Shown here piece after piece: positions 1-8,137 of a stretch of DNA of 45,007 nucleotides. Origin of the DNA: a phage; NCBI GenBank assembly GCA_014469095.1, contig GCA_014469095.1_4330.1; one strand, written 5' to 3'. The notes under the pieces are model-generated. The model saw only the letters and a program-made list of their open reading frames with translations. It was not told where the DNA came from and did not search any database. The position numbers and the translations under genes were made by a program. Every line of letters begins with the position of its first letter. The first letter of the stretch is position 1.

Positions 1-30
1 AAAAAAAATCCCGGCTGGGTCAGGGCCGGG
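1..30 (-). terminator. Rho-independent terminator closing the leftward lysis operon
   Basis: Inverted repeat CCCGGC/GCCGGG (approx 10-15 and 25-30) followed on the minus strand by a T run (plus 1-8 is A8); lies 66 nt past the endolysin stop. Confidence 0.6.
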
Positions 31-96
31 ATAAAACTGGAGAGCAGAGGGATGGAGCAGGAGGTGATTTAAGTATCGTCGGATTAGTCTTATGTG

Positions 97-585
97 TCAA
101 CCTTTCACCGCGCGCCCGATAGCCTCAGCCTCCTGCCACGGTTTACCGTCGAACAGCGCCAGACGACCGGCGGTACGACGACGCAGTCCAAGTATCGGTT
201 TGCCGTTCTGGTTGATGAACAGCGCCAGCTTAGCCCGCAGAGTCGTGACGTCACCAGAACGCAGTGCCTTACCTGTGCCAGTAGTAGCCGCAATCACACC
301 GGCACCCGCGTTATACACCAGGTCGCACACTGCGTCGAACTGTGCCTGTGTCAATGAATGGTGTGCTGCTGCGTCAACCGCAGCTACGGCCTTAGCCATA
401 TCACGATTCAGTAACAGGAGGCCTTGTCCCGGGGTGATGGTCTTGCCTGGCGTTACGTCTGGCCCATAATGACCGTACCCAATAGTCAGGTACTTCTCAT
501 TTGGCGTAGCACGATACGCAGTTCCGCGGAACCCCTCAAACGCTGCGGTGAAATGCAACCCATTATCTGAAATGTTTCGAGACAC
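97..585 (-). CDS. Endolysin, T4/P22-type lysozyme (glycoside hydrolase family 24-like)
   Basis: ORF track 97..636; contains ISDNGLHFTAAFEGFRGTAYRATPNEKYLTIGYGHY, matching the catalytic Glu / TIGxGH core of phage lysozymes; start placed at GTG 585 (residue 18 of the track ORF) preceded by GGAGGA; TTG 636 is the alternative. Confidence 0.8.
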   Translation of the reverse strand: MSRNISDNGLHFTAAFEGFRGTAYRATPNEKYLTIGYGHYGPDVTPGKTITPGQGLLLLNRDMAKAVAAVDAAAHHSLTQAQFDAVCDLVYNAGAGVIAATTGTGKALRSGDVTTLRAKLALFINQNGKPILGLRRRTAGRLALFDGKPWQEAEAIGRAVKG

Positions 586-835
586 GCTTATGTCCTCCGT
601 ACGACAGCCACGCCTGACGAATCTGGCGCAGCGCAACTAAAGTGATTAATGTCTCAGGTAGCGTAGGTGACATGCTGCCCTGTAACAGGTGGATACATCC
701 GGCGGCGCAGACAATAGCAGTCAGAATATAAAGCACACGCCCGAACAGGCCATCATCTACGCTGGGGTGGTATACGTTAAACAGCGATGTGCTCCCGATT
801 GCGAGCATACCACCAAACCAGAATAACTCATTCAT
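563..835 (-). CDS. Holin/antiholin-like membrane protein, 2 predicted TM helices
   Basis: ORF track 563..928; internal ATG at 835 overlaps the upstream stop; hydrophobic segments LFWFGGMLAIGSTSLF and VLYILTAIVCAAGCIHLL; sits immediately upstream of the endolysin. Confidence 0.6.
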   Translation of the reverse strand: MNELFWFGGMLAIGSTSLFNVYHPSVDDGLFGRVLYILTAIVCAAGCIHLLQGSMSPTLPETLITLVALRQIRQAWLSYGGHKRVSKHFR

Positions 836-1136
836 TACCACCTCCGCGACGTGCGATGTATTCTCCGGCGACAATGCCAGAGAGACGGGAATAAATTGGC
901 ATCCAGAGAATAGCAATGATGAATCCAAGGCCCGCTATTTCGCGTTCACCTGCGATACCGAACCATTGAGCGGCGAGAGGCGCACCGAATACGGCGCACG
1001 CAAAGCCAGTGGCGAGAAAACAGAGAGCATCGACAGGGCCGGTAATAGTGGCTTTGTGTTGCCGTAAGCCTATTACCCCACCAGCTAATGCGGCAGCGAG
1101 AAGCCACCCCGTCACTGTTTCAGTAAATTTATCCAA
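828..1136 (-). CDS. Holin-like membrane protein, about 3 TM helices
   Basis: ORF track; TTG start preceded by GGAGGA; three hydrophobic helices; first gene of the lysis cassette. Confidence 0.6.
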   Translation of the reverse strand: MDKFTETVTGWLLAAALAGGVIGLRQHKATITGPVDALCFLATGFACAVFGAPLAAQWFGIAGEREIAGLGFIIAILWMPIYSRLSGIVAGEYIARRGGGNE

Positions 1137-1211
1137 GATGAATCCTCCAGGTGCGTATTAAGTACGCAGTAACTGGAGGATAGCACGGTTAGGAATTATC
1201 TTAATAACGGT

Positions 1212-1505
1212 TTATTTATGACGCCAGATGTATTGTCGTCTCTGCGGTTTAGTCGGAATATCATCGTATCCGAGCGATTTCCAGTAATTAAATAACCGAT
1301 TAGCGATTGCCGCGCGTTCCTGTGTTTTAAACTCTCCTAGATTCACGGCCTTTCCGTTCTGGAATCCACAGGCGCGGACCGCTTTGCGCCTGGCCTGAAT
1401 CTCGGGGTACAGCGCGTTACGGCGGCGCTTGTGTATACATGTCTTCGCTCTCGGTGACAGCGGCGCAAGGCCGCTTCGTTTCAGGATGTCAGTTGCAAGA
1501 GACAT
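1212..1505 (-). CDS. Hypothetical protein, 97 aa, basic
   Basis: ORF track 1212..1550; ATG at 1505 overlaps the upstream stop (TGATG) and follows GGAGG. Confidence 0.5.
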   Translation of the reverse strand: MSLATDILKRSGLAPLSPRAKTCIHKRRRNALYPEIQARRKAVRACGFQNGKAVNLGEFKTQERAAIANRLFNYWKSLGYDDIPTKPQRRQYIWRHK

Positions 1506-1687
1506 CACTCCACCCCCTCCACATGTGTAACTGACCCACAGTTCGCGCACTCAACGTAATCAGGAAACTGGTCCTTGTATTTCTGTAACTCGGCTTCGAG
1601 TTTCGCGTAATCTTCGTAAAGCACTAACACGCCCTCAACATCAGGAGTAAACCCGAATATCTGGTCGTAGGTATATCTCTGTACCAT
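1505..1687 (-). CDS. Hypothetical protein, 60 aa, C-terminal CxxC
   Basis: ORF track 1505..1759; internal ATG at 1687 preceded by AGGAGA. Confidence 0.45.
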   Translation of the reverse strand: MVQRYTYDQIFGFTPDVEGVLVLYEDYAKLEAELQKYKDQFPDYVECANCGSVTHVEGVE

Positions 1688-1688
1688 G

Positions 1689-1892
1689 TTATTTCTCCTG
1701 TTTACCAAGTCGCTTAGGTGAGCAGATAGCGCGTACCTCTGAATCGTTGGGCTTGTCACCCTGAAACAGAAAGTGCGCGTTCTCTGCGGCGCGTGCCGCT
1801 GACTGGCACGCCTCCATCGAGTAAAACGTTTCTGCTGCCGCTAGTTGCATCTGGCCTGCGGACAGTACCCAGATAAATAAGATGCTGGTCAT
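1689..1892 (-). CDS. Small secreted/periplasmic protein, 67 aa, predicted signal peptide
   Basis: ORF track 1689..1919; ATG at 1892 overlaps the upstream stop (ATGA); N-terminus MTSILFIWVLSAGQMQLAAAE is signal-peptide-like. Confidence 0.45.
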   Translation of the reverse strand: MTSILFIWVLSAGQMQLAAAETFYSMEACQSAARAAENAHFLFQGDKPNDSEVRAICSPKRLGKQEK

Positions 1893-2398
1893 AAGTTTAT
1901 CACCCCGCATTTGGTACAACGCCTACCGTCGGGGTAATAATATTCCCATTCATGCTCGCACTCCTGTGTATCGTTTTTCGGTTTATATTCCTTGTCGTCC
2001 CACTCACGTTTACCACATTTAGAGCAAAGCTCACTACCAGGAACGTTGTTCGTATTGCCTTCGCTGAGAAACAACCCAGGCATAATAATCCAAGAGTGCT
2101 CGCATTCCTGAGTATCTTCCTTACGGCAACCGGATTGCTCGGGCCCATGTTCACCTACTACGTAGCTCTCCCCTTTCGGCAGTGAGCCACCTCGCCCGGT
2201 TGCACGGTTAAAGTCCTCGTTCATTAGTTTTATTGTTTCATGTAACTCCGCCACCAGTGCTGACGCATCTCGTAACTGATTCTTAAGTGACTGCACCTCG
2301 TGCGCCAGGTCTTCACACTGTTGTTTGTATGGGTTGTTAATTACCTGCTGCCGTAGCTGGTCAATAAGGTACTCGAATACTTCGTTTTTACTGTTCAC
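1889..2398 (-). CDS. Coiled-coil protein with two tandem zinc-ribbon-like repeats, 169 aa
   Basis: ORF track; GTG start overlaps the upstream stop; N-terminal heptad-like region, then a repeated TQECEH(S/E)W...C(S/T)KCG unit. Confidence 0.55.
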   Translation of the reverse strand: MNSKNEVFEYLIDQLRQQVINNPYKQQCEDLAHEVQSLKNQLRDASALVAELHETIKLMNEDFNRATGRGGSLPKGESYVVGEHGPEQSGCRKEDTQECEHSWIIMPGLFLSEGNTNNVPGSELCSKCGKREWDDKEYKPKNDTQECEHEWEYYYPDGRRCTKCGVINL

Positions 2399-2568
2399 TC
2401 TGTTTCTCCTTCCACCTCATGTTTCCGTGTAAGGATAATCTCGTCATGAACTACCGTACACTCGTAACCTTCGGCTTCATAATGGGCGATCATATCCTCA
2501 CGCATTTCTGCCGCTAGCTTACCAAGTACCGTATTCTTCCGTAGTATGCATGTATATTGTTTATCCAT
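2395..2568 (-). CDS. Hypothetical protein, 57 aa
   Basis: ORF track 2395..2595; internal ATG at 2568 preceded by AGGAGA. Confidence 0.45.
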   Translation of the reverse strand: MDKQYTCILRKNTVLGKLAAEMREDMIAHYEAEGYECTVVHDEIILTRKHEVEGETE

Positions 2569-2587
2569 CTTCTGTCTCTCCTCTCGT

Positions 2588-2860
2588 TTACTCAACAGCG
2601 CCTGTTATTGTTATAAGCCCAGTGTTACCACGGCGGCGATACTTACGAATCACCGTTTTGAGTCCTTCATTGCTACTCTGATGCCCGAAAGTGATCGGCA
2701 GCTCTTCTCCACCAGACATCCCGAACTCAGTGTCTGTCGGTTTGTCCCGCCACCCCTGAATAAAACCGAAACGGTCACGGGTTATATACCGGTAGTTGTT
2801 AGGGAGGGGCAACTCCAGCCCCTCAAAATCAACGGTCACGGTGTAGCTTCTAAAATTCAT
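2588..2860 (-). CDS. Hypothetical protein, 90 aa
   Basis: ORF track 2588..2866; ATG at 2860. Confidence 0.5.
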   Translation of the reverse strand: MNFRSYTVTVDFEGLELPLPNNYRYITRDRFGFIQGWRDKPTDTEFGMSGGEELPITFGHQSSNEGLKTVIRKYRRRGNTGLITITGAVE

Positions 2861-2999
2861 AGTCAATTACCCCGAACTCGTTAATGATTTGAGCCTTGTA
2901 GAAGTTGCCGTTTGAAGCCAGGTGGTACGCCTGCGCCATAGTCATCTCTCGGTAAGTTGCGGGGCTGTTTTCGAACTCCATAATCATCAAAGTAACCAT
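2850..2999 (-). CDS. Small ORF, 49 aa (MVTLMIMEFENSPATYREMTMAQAYHLASNGNFYKAQIINEFGVIDYEI)
   Basis: Absent from the track (under 60 aa); ATG preceded by AGGAGAGG, directly downstream of the 3031-3059 promoter, overlaps the next gene start. Confidence 0.35.
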   Translation of the reverse strand: MVTLMIMEFENSPATYREMTMAQAYHLASNGNFYKAQIINEFGVIDYEF

Positions 3000-3030
3000 A
3001 TTCTGCCTCTCCTCTCGTTTGTGTAAATGA

Positions 3031-3059
3031 ATAGTATCCTATTCTTCCCCAGCGTGCAA
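3031..3059 (-). promoter_or_regulatory. Sigma70-like promoter, type A (TTGCAC-N17-TACTAT) with dyad core AATAG-N4-CTATT
   Basis: Minus strand reads TTGCACGCTGGGGAAGAATAGGATACTATTCA; near-identical to the elements at 4155, 27560, 37114 and 38953. Confidence 0.55.
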
Positions 3060-3206
3060 GTAAATTTTATTGGTGTTTGTATTATTGCATCTCCTGCAAT
3101 AGTCGCTTCGATTGTTGCGTTTGGTGAAATAGAACAAAAATGAGAAAAATGATACGCTGCTGTGTAGCAGCGTAAGTCACTCAGTAAAATCCCAAACTAT
3201 TGAACA

Positions 3207-3392
3207 TCACACCTCCGGCGGCTCAGGTAACGGCATCCAGTGCGTTATATCACCGTGATATAAACTCTTTGCAGGCCCCCAGTAGCCATCTGAATTAACA
3301 CGCATAACCTCACAGCCAACAAAACAATCAGTTACAAGAACGTATTCATAAGGCTCCGGCATCCGCTCACTACACTTAATCCACTTGCTCAT
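3207..3392 (-). CDS. DUF551-like phage protein, 61 aa
   Basis: ORF track; W-x5-ERMPE...VLV...THWMPLPEPPE pattern recalled for DUF551; a paralog lies at 9249..9506. Confidence 0.5.
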   Translation of the reverse strand: MSKWIKCSERMPEPYEYVLVTDCFVGCEVMRVNSDGYWGPAKSLYHGDITHWMPLPEPPEV

Positions 3393-3550
3393 AAATCGCC
3401 TCTCTTCTCAAATGCGCCAGCCATTACATTCGCACCAGCTTTCCACGCCCGCCACGCGAGACGCGTCTTAACGTTCAGGTACTCTTTCTTCGAACCCTTA
3501 TTAACCGGCAGACCCTCGACGATGGCCCACCGTTCGAATGCTTCTCTCAT
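3389..3550 (-). CDS. Small ORF, 53 aa (MREAFERWAIVEGLPVNKGSKKEYLNVKTRLAWRAWKAGANVMAGAFEKRGDL)
   Basis: Absent from the track; ATG follows GAGGT; stop overlaps the ATG of 3207..3392 (ATGA). Confidence 0.35.
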   Translation of the reverse strand: MREAFERWAIVEGLPVNKGSKKEYLNVKTRLAWRAWKAGANVMAGAFEKRGDL

Positions 3551-3702
3551 ACCAGAACCTCGCATTCATCCCGATACACGAACAATAATGACCCTTTGTA
3601 CTCAATCATAAAACCATAATGGTTGCTGCTGAACGCCAGAAAAACATCACCTACCGAGATACCGAAATCTATAAGCCTGCGGTCAGTTATTCGAATTTTC
3701 AT
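3547..3702 (-). CDS. Small ORF, 51 aa (MKIRITDRRLIDFGISVGDVFLAFSSNHYGFMIEYKGSLLFVYRDECEVLV)
   Basis: Absent from the track; strong SD GAGGGAGG; overlapping start and stop with both neighbours. Confidence 0.4.
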   Translation of the reverse strand: MKIRITDRRLIDFGISVGDVFLAFSSNHYGFMIEYKGSLLFVYRDECEVLV

Positions 3703-3935
3703 TAACGGCAACCTCCCTCAGAGTCGTCGGCACGAGCATCATGATTAGATGCCGTTGTGTATACCTTCGCTTCTGCCTTAGTTACCGGGATTGTGTATCT
3801 TCCTGTCTTAATCCACCAGCCATCCTCACAGGAATCCAGTACATTGAAAACATCTCCCACATTTACGCCTATTTTCTCGAGAGTATCACCATCTTCTTCG
3901 TAGATAACGGTGTTATCTGTAATTATGATTTGCAT
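3702..3935 (-). CDS. Hypothetical protein, 77 aa
   Basis: ORF track 3702..3938; ATG at 3935 overlaps the upstream stop (TGATG). Confidence 0.5.
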   Translation of the reverse strand: MQIIITDNTVIYEEDGDTLEKIGVNVGDVFNVLDSCEDGWWIKTGRYTIPVTKAEAKVYTTASNHDARADDSEGGCR

Positions 3936-4120
3936 CACTTCACCCCTTTGAATTTAAAATTGTTGCCGATGAGTGTTAAATTATCTCTGAAAGCGTAACC
4001 ATGTTTCTTTCGTACAAGACCCCATACGTCTACAGCGGTACTATATTCATCCTCATTCTGGGTAACTATTACGTACTGTCCGCCGCGTTTTGTTTTAACC
4101 AACTGACCCTTCTTAAACAT
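3935..4120 (-). CDS. Hypothetical basic protein, 61 aa
   Basis: ORF track 3935..4147; ATG at 4120; first gene downstream of the 4155-4183 promoter. Confidence 0.5.
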   Translation of the reverse strand: MFKKGQLVKTKRGGQYVIVTQNEDEYSTAVDVWGLVRKKHGYAFRDNLTLIGNNFKFKGVK

Positions 4121-4154
4121 AACCCTCACCCCTCTGTCTTGTTTCAATAAGTGA

Positions 4155-4183
4155 ATAGTATCCTATTATGTTGGGGTGTGCAA
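4155..4183 (-). promoter_or_regulatory. Sigma70-like promoter, type A (TTGCAC-N17-TACTAT)
   Basis: Minus strand reads TTGCACACCCCAACATAATAGGATACTATTCAC; heads the leftward small-gene block. Confidence 0.6.
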
Positions 4184-4242
4184 GAGAATAGTTACGTTGC
4201 CGTTGTGATTCTTTCGTTTCTTAAAAGAGTACGCAACGCAGT

Positions 4243-4262
4243 GGGTGGGCGTTAGCCCACCC
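4243..4262. other. GC-rich perfect hairpin in the 0.4 kb non-coding spacer
   Basis: GGGTGGGC-GTTA-GCCCACCC, 8-bp stem, no adjacent T run; function unknown. Confidence 0.4.
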
Positions 4263-4558
4263 CAGCGGAGTGAAGTACTCTCTACCTCGCCCACGGCAAC
4301 TATAGAAACTTTTAATTATCAGATACTTAAGAGATATGCTGCCGATGAGAATAGAGCTTGCCCAGGGCAACCGGAGATACTTAGAAAAGAAAGTTACGGT
4401 AATTTTTATGTTCAGTAATCTGCCGCTTAACACTTCGCTTGCGCTTTGGCGCAGCTGCGTTTCAAGCGGGTATTACAAGGTGAACAAGAATCAAAGTAAC
4501 TAAGATATAGAAGCACCTTAAACGAAGATTTTCATAATGTCAATAGGTGTGATTATGT

Positions 4559-4587
4559 TTGATTTCCCATTATTCGCAATGTATACT
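4559..4587 (+). promoter_or_regulatory. Sigma70-like promoter of the rightward early operon
   Basis: TTGATT-N17-TATACT about 30 nt upstream of the ATG at 4620; lacks the dyad core of the other promoters. Confidence 0.5.
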
Positions 4588-4619
4588 TGGTTTCGTTAAC
4601 TGATAATGAGGGTTTGAGA

Positions 4620-4772
4620 ATGGTTACTTTGACAGAAGAACAGTTGAAAGAGTTGCTGATAGAAGCGTGGTTTAACGGGCATAACGAGAGCAGATACTGC
4701 CCTAATAAATACGGCACAGCTACAGTGTTCGCACGGGAAACAATTAAGGAGATTAAAGATGACGCAGAATGA
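4620..4772 (+). CDS. Hypothetical protein, 50 aa
   Basis: ORF track 4587..4772; the TTG at 4587 lies inside the predicted -10, so the ATG at 4620 (SD GAGGG) is preferred. Confidence 0.45.
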   Translation: MVTLTEEQLKELLIEAWFNGHNESRYCPNKYGTATVFARETIKEIKDDAE

Positions 4773-4929
4773 AGTAGCTGAGCGTATCGGGGTTACTCGT
4801 CGCACATTGAATAACTGGTTAAAGAATGGGAAATTCCCGGATTGCTGTATCCGCATTATGGGTCGCCGTCAGCCAGGTACGTTCGACCCGGAGAAAGTGG
4901 AAGCGTGGATTAAGGAGAACGTAAAATGA
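4759..4929 (+). CDS. AlpA/excisionase-like HTH DNA-binding protein, 56 aa
   Basis: Not in track; MTQNEVAERIGVTRRTLNNWLKNGKFP... has the layout of AlpA-type HTH regulators; SD AGGAGA; stop overlaps the next ATG. Confidence 0.5.
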   Translation: MTQNEVAERIGVTRRTLNNWLKNGKFPDCCIRIMGRRQPGTFDPEKVEAWIKENVK

Positions 4930-5159
4930 CCGAGTTCCAGTCACGCGTATTTACGGCAGTAGTTTCGTTAACACGTAAAAAAAGGTCATGCAGCGTTATC
5001 GACTTGCGCCGCAGTTATTTTAAGTACTATAGTTCAGCCATTATTGAAGGGTCGTTGAAGGTACTTGTTAAAGCCGGTGTCGTGAAAAATGTTGGCGGGA
5101 AATATAGTGCCGTTGCAGAAGTTCGCGGAATGACAGCTACTTTAGAAGACCTGGAATAA
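4926..5159 (+). CDS. Hypothetical protein, 77 aa
   Basis: ORF track; start overlaps the preceding stop. Confidence 0.5.
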   Translation: MTEFQSRVFTAVVSLTRKKRSCSVIDLRRSYFKYYSSAIIEGSLKVLVKAGVVKNVGGKYSAVAEVRGMTATLEDLE

Positions 5160-5176
5160 AAGAAAGCCCCGACGCG

Positions 5177-7504
5177 GTGAACGCCGAGGCTAAATTACTT
5201 GCTGAAGGAATATACAATATGTCCGATGTAATTTTATCCTACTCGTGGTCCCGTCGCAACGCGCGGGCCGAGAAAAAGGATATAAACGTCAGAACCACAC
5301 ACACGGCAACACTGGACGACCTGAAAGAGTTAATCCAGCCGCTCGATGCTGTTCGTGACGGGATTAACCCGAAGACCGCCCCCGGATATATCACTGCTGC
5401 GTGCGACTCTACGCACGGCACCGTAAAAGACCCGGAAACCGGAGACTTTAAGCAAGCGCGTAAAGGCTTCTTCTACCGCTGCGACGCGTCTGTGACCAAA
5501 TCGTCGCTGGCATATCTGGACTTCGACAGCGCGACGCCGGAAGAGTATCAGGAAGCTGTGCGTCTGGTTAAGCGCAGCCGCCGGGCTATGTGTCTCTATA
5601 CCACGGCATCACATACCGATAAGTCTCCGCGCTTTCGCGTCGTCATGCCGCTGGCCCGTCCGGTTGAAGGTGGGGGCATCATCCGCGTTCGCCACGGATT
5701 GCTTGAGCACTTCTTCAAAGGCATGGGTGCCGACCGCAGCGGGTTCACTCTTTCGCAACCGATGTACCTGCCGCCGGTCGGCTCTCAGGTTATCTGGTCG
5801 CGCCGCAACGACCTGATTGACCCGGACGAGTTACTGGAAGGCATCCCGGATTACGAGGTGAGCAGCGCATCGGATTACCAGATACCGGAAGAACTGCGCA
5901 CCACGTTTACCGACGCATTCGAGGCACTGGCGTTCGAGTACGGTGGCGTCATGACGCCCCGCGGTCTGAAAATGCCTGCCACGCCAGAACATGCAGAAAA
6001 CTACAGCGACCCGACGCCACGCCCGGACGACTTCCTGCTGTGTTTCCCGCGTGAAGGGTACGAAGCACCTAACGTAACCATGATTCACGACACCGACATT
6101 ACGGCAACCGAAGGCATGTCACCGAAAGATGTGTGGAAGTATGCGTGCGATGCGACCGGGCTGCCGTTCAGTGAAGTCGCTGAGGCAATTGGCTGGGGCG
6201 CGCGGGAGTCCGTTTCATGCAGCCTGGACGACCTGGAAGACGACGAGGACTCAGAAGAGGACGAGTTACCAGAACCGGTAAAGGCTGATTTCGTCGTTGA
6301 GGGGTACATGCCGTCGGATTGTATCTGGGATATTGTCGGGGAATCCGGCACGTACAAATCATTCTATACGCTGGGGATGATGTACCTGAGCGCCGCCGGG
6401 TACCGGTTTGCGGGGGCTGACACCCAACGTTGCCACCATTTCTATATTGACGGCGAGGGTGGTGCAGCTACACGAACACGTATTGATGCACTCGCGGCTA
6501 AATATGGCGAGGAAGGTAAAGATTATGTACATGTCATCGATATGGGCGAAATACTCGCTACGCATGGTGATAAAAAAATTCCAGCTCTAATCCGCAGGAT
6601 GCGCGAAACCGCAGGGGATGAACCTATTGGCATGGTTGCCTTCGACACCCTTAACCAGACGCTGGCCCTGACGATTGATAAGTTCGACGAGAACAGTTCA
6701 TCAACGGCAATCGGTATGGGTAAAGTTATCGCCATCCTGAAAGAAGTGCGCGATGCAACTAAAGCCGCTGTCGGTGTCGTTCACCATACTCCGAAGGGCG
6801 GAAAGAAAGCCCGCGGCAGTGGAGCATTGTATGCGGGTGTCGACGTGGAACTGACAATCGAACGCGCTACCGACCGTCAGATAAACGTATACCACTCTAA
6901 ATTTAAGCACGGTCCGCAACAGAAGACGGTTGGCATGGTACTGGAGTCTGTACAGTTCCGTGAAGCACCGCCGCCGAAAGAGTACCGCGCGGTTGAGTTC
7001 CTCGGTAGCACAGAGGAATACGGCACAATAGTAAACCTCGACCTGCCTGAGCCGCACAAGGCGCTTGTATTGATGCCGTGGGGCTTCGAGCCATTCAAGA
7101 CCGACGAGGAGAAAGAGAGGGAAGAAGGGTTAACTAACGAAGGTAAACAAAATGTACGTAAAACCATAGAGAACGCCGTCAACAGTTCCGAGGCCACGAT
7201 ACTCGCGGCGTTTGAACTGGCGGAGGGGACCTACAACGGCAACGAGGGCATCACGGTATCCGCAGCGAATAAGCTCGCGCAGTCTGACCCCAACGCAAAG
7301 GCGTTTAACTCCAAAGAAGCCATAGAACGCGGGAAGATTAAGAAAATGGTTGAGGCTGGGTATCTTGTTCCGGGTACTGACGAAAACAATCAGATAATCC
7401 CAGGCCGTTACAGACTGAACACCATGATAACAGATAACAAGATTCCGAAGACAATATACGAGCCGAATGAAATGCTGACAGTGACCGAGGAGGATTTGGA
7501 ATGA
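5177..7504 (+). CDS. Putative DNA primase/helicase (primase-like N-terminal region plus RecA-like NTPase core)
   Basis: ORF track (GTG 5177; ATG 5219 with SD GAAGGA is the alternative); N-terminal LDFD and SHTD motifs suggest an archaeo-eukaryotic-type primase; C-terminal GESGTYKS, AFDTL and VVHHTPKG resemble RepA/DnaB-like cores, though the P-loop is non-canonical. Confidence 0.55.
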   Translation: MNAEAKLLAEGIYNMSDVILSYSWSRRNARAEKKDINVRTTHTATLDDLKELIQPLDAVRDGINPKTAPGYITAACDSTHGTVKDPETGDFKQARKGFFYRCDASVTKSSLAYLDFDSATPEEYQEAVRLVKRSRRAMCLYTTASHTDKSPRFRVVMPLARPVEGGGIIRVRHGLLEHFFKGMGADRSGFTLSQPMYLPPVGSQVIWSRRNDLIDPDELLEGIPDYEVSSASDYQIPEELRTTFTDAFEALAFEYGGVMTPRGLKMPATPEHAENYSDPTPRPDDFLLCFPREGYEAPNVTMIHDTDITATEGMSPKDVWKYACDATGLPFSEVAEAIGWGARESVSCSLDDLEDDEDSEEDELPEPVKADFVVEGYMPSDCIWDIVGESGTYKSFYTLGMMYLSAAGYRFAGADTQRCHHFYIDGEGGAATRTRIDALAAKYGEEGKDYVHVIDMGEILATHGDKKIPALIRRMRETAGDEPIGMVAFDTLNQTLALTIDKFDENSSSTAIGMGKVIAILKEVRDATKAAVGVVHHTPKGGKKARGSGALYAGVDVELTIERATDRQINVYHSKFKHGPQQKTVGMVLESVQFREAPPPKEYRAVEFLGSTEEYGTIVNLDLPEPHKALVLMPWGFEPFKTDEEKEREEGLTNEGKQNVRKTIENAVNSSEATILAAFELAEGTYNGNEGITVSAANKLAQSDPNAKAFNSKEAIERGKIKKMVEAGYLVPGTDENNQIIPGRYRLNTMITDNKIPKTIYEPNEMLTVTEEDLE

Positions 7505-7815
7505 ATATTTACGATTTTATAGATAACCCGTTTAAAGCAGTGAAGGCAGGATACCGCCCGTCATACCTGACATGTGTTTCCGCTGTAAGCAACAACTGGT
7601 GGACTTTTTGTGTGTATGCAGCGGGGATTTTTGCGGAGTTTAAAGACATTTTAGACATGACGCTGGCAGAGATTATAAAGTGCCTTTTCAAATTAATTAT
7701 ATCGATAACTATTGTTATAAGTTTTCCTGTAAGTGCGTGGTTTCTCGCCTGGATTCAGTACCTGAACGTGCAACACACTATTAAGAATTTGGAAGAACTC
7801 GATAAGTTGCTATAA
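7501..7815 (+). CDS. Small membrane protein, 104 aa
   Basis: ORF track; several hydrophobic stretches; last gene before the terminator. Confidence 0.5.
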   Translation: MNIYDFIDNPFKAVKAGYRPSYLTCVSAVSNNWWTFCVYAAGIFAEFKDILDMTLAEIIKCLFKLIISITIVISFPVSAWFLAWIQYLNVQHTIKNLEELDKLL

Positions 7816-7820
7816 AAAGA

Positions 7821-7839
7821 AAGGGGCTTTAAGCCCCTT
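7821..7839. terminator. Bidirectional intrinsic terminator between convergent genes
   Basis: AAGGGGCT-TTA-AGCCCCTT perfect palindrome with T-rich flanks; overlaps the stop of the HTH gene. Confidence 0.65.
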
Positions 7840-8044
7840 CACCTAACGCCAGCCACTTGGCGTCTACTTCCAGAACTTCCGCCAGTTTGAACAGCGTTGC
7901 CGGGCGGACGTCCTGAGTTACTCCAAGTGCCAGTTGGTTAATCGCGCCCTGGGAAACGCCGGTCAGGGCCGCCAAACGGCGCTGGGAGATGCCGAGTTCT
8001 TTACGGCGTTGTTCTACACGGATACCTAGTTCAGATGGTTGCAT
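7829..8044 (-). CDS. XRE/Cro-type helix-turn-helix transcriptional regulator, 71 aa
   Basis: ORF track; LGISQRRLAALTGVSQGAINQL is a classic XRE HTH; SD AGGAG; transcribed opposite to the flanking early genes. Confidence 0.8.
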   Translation of the reverse strand: MQPSELGIRVEQRRKELGISQRRLAALTGVSQGAINQLALGVTQDVRPATLFKLAEVLEVDAKWLALGEGA

Positions 8045-8064
8045 GTCAATTACTCCTTAGTCAG

Positions 8065-8094
8065 TTGATATGTGAATAGTACCATATTAATTAT
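8065..8094 (+). promoter_or_regulatory. Promoter/operator element with dyad core; its complement carries TACTAT for the HTH gene
   Basis: TTGATA-TGTGAATAGTACCATAT-TAATTA; the core GAATAGTACCATATT overlaps a minus-strand TACTAT about 30 nt upstream of the HTH gene SD. Confidence 0.4.
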
Positions 8095-8108
8095 TTTAGA
8101 AAAGCCCA

Positions 8109-8137
8109 TTGACATGTGAATAGTTCGCTATTATAGT
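8109..8137 (+). promoter_or_regulatory. Sigma70-like promoter, type B (TTGACA-N17-TATAGT) with dyad core
   Basis: TTGACA-TGTGAATAGTTCGCTAT-TATAGT; 28 nt upstream of the 8166 ATG. Confidence 0.65.

Noticed and set aside
105-293. 62-aa ORF embedded in the endolysin gene, considered as an embedded spanin
   Set aside because: No signal peptide or lipobox and no start context; a convincing Rz/Rz1 pair exists at 36299-36794
4184-4590. Possible tRNA or other structured RNA gene in the long non-coding spacer
   Set aside because: No T-loop-like GTTCRANYC motif or cloverleaf-compatible arrangement was found by eye; only the hairpin and short repeats are reported
4759-8044. Lysogeny module (integrase with excisionase and repressor)
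   Set aside because: AlpA-like and XRE-type HTH genes are present but no tyrosine or serine recombinase is recognisable in the window, so a temperate lifestyle cannot be claimed
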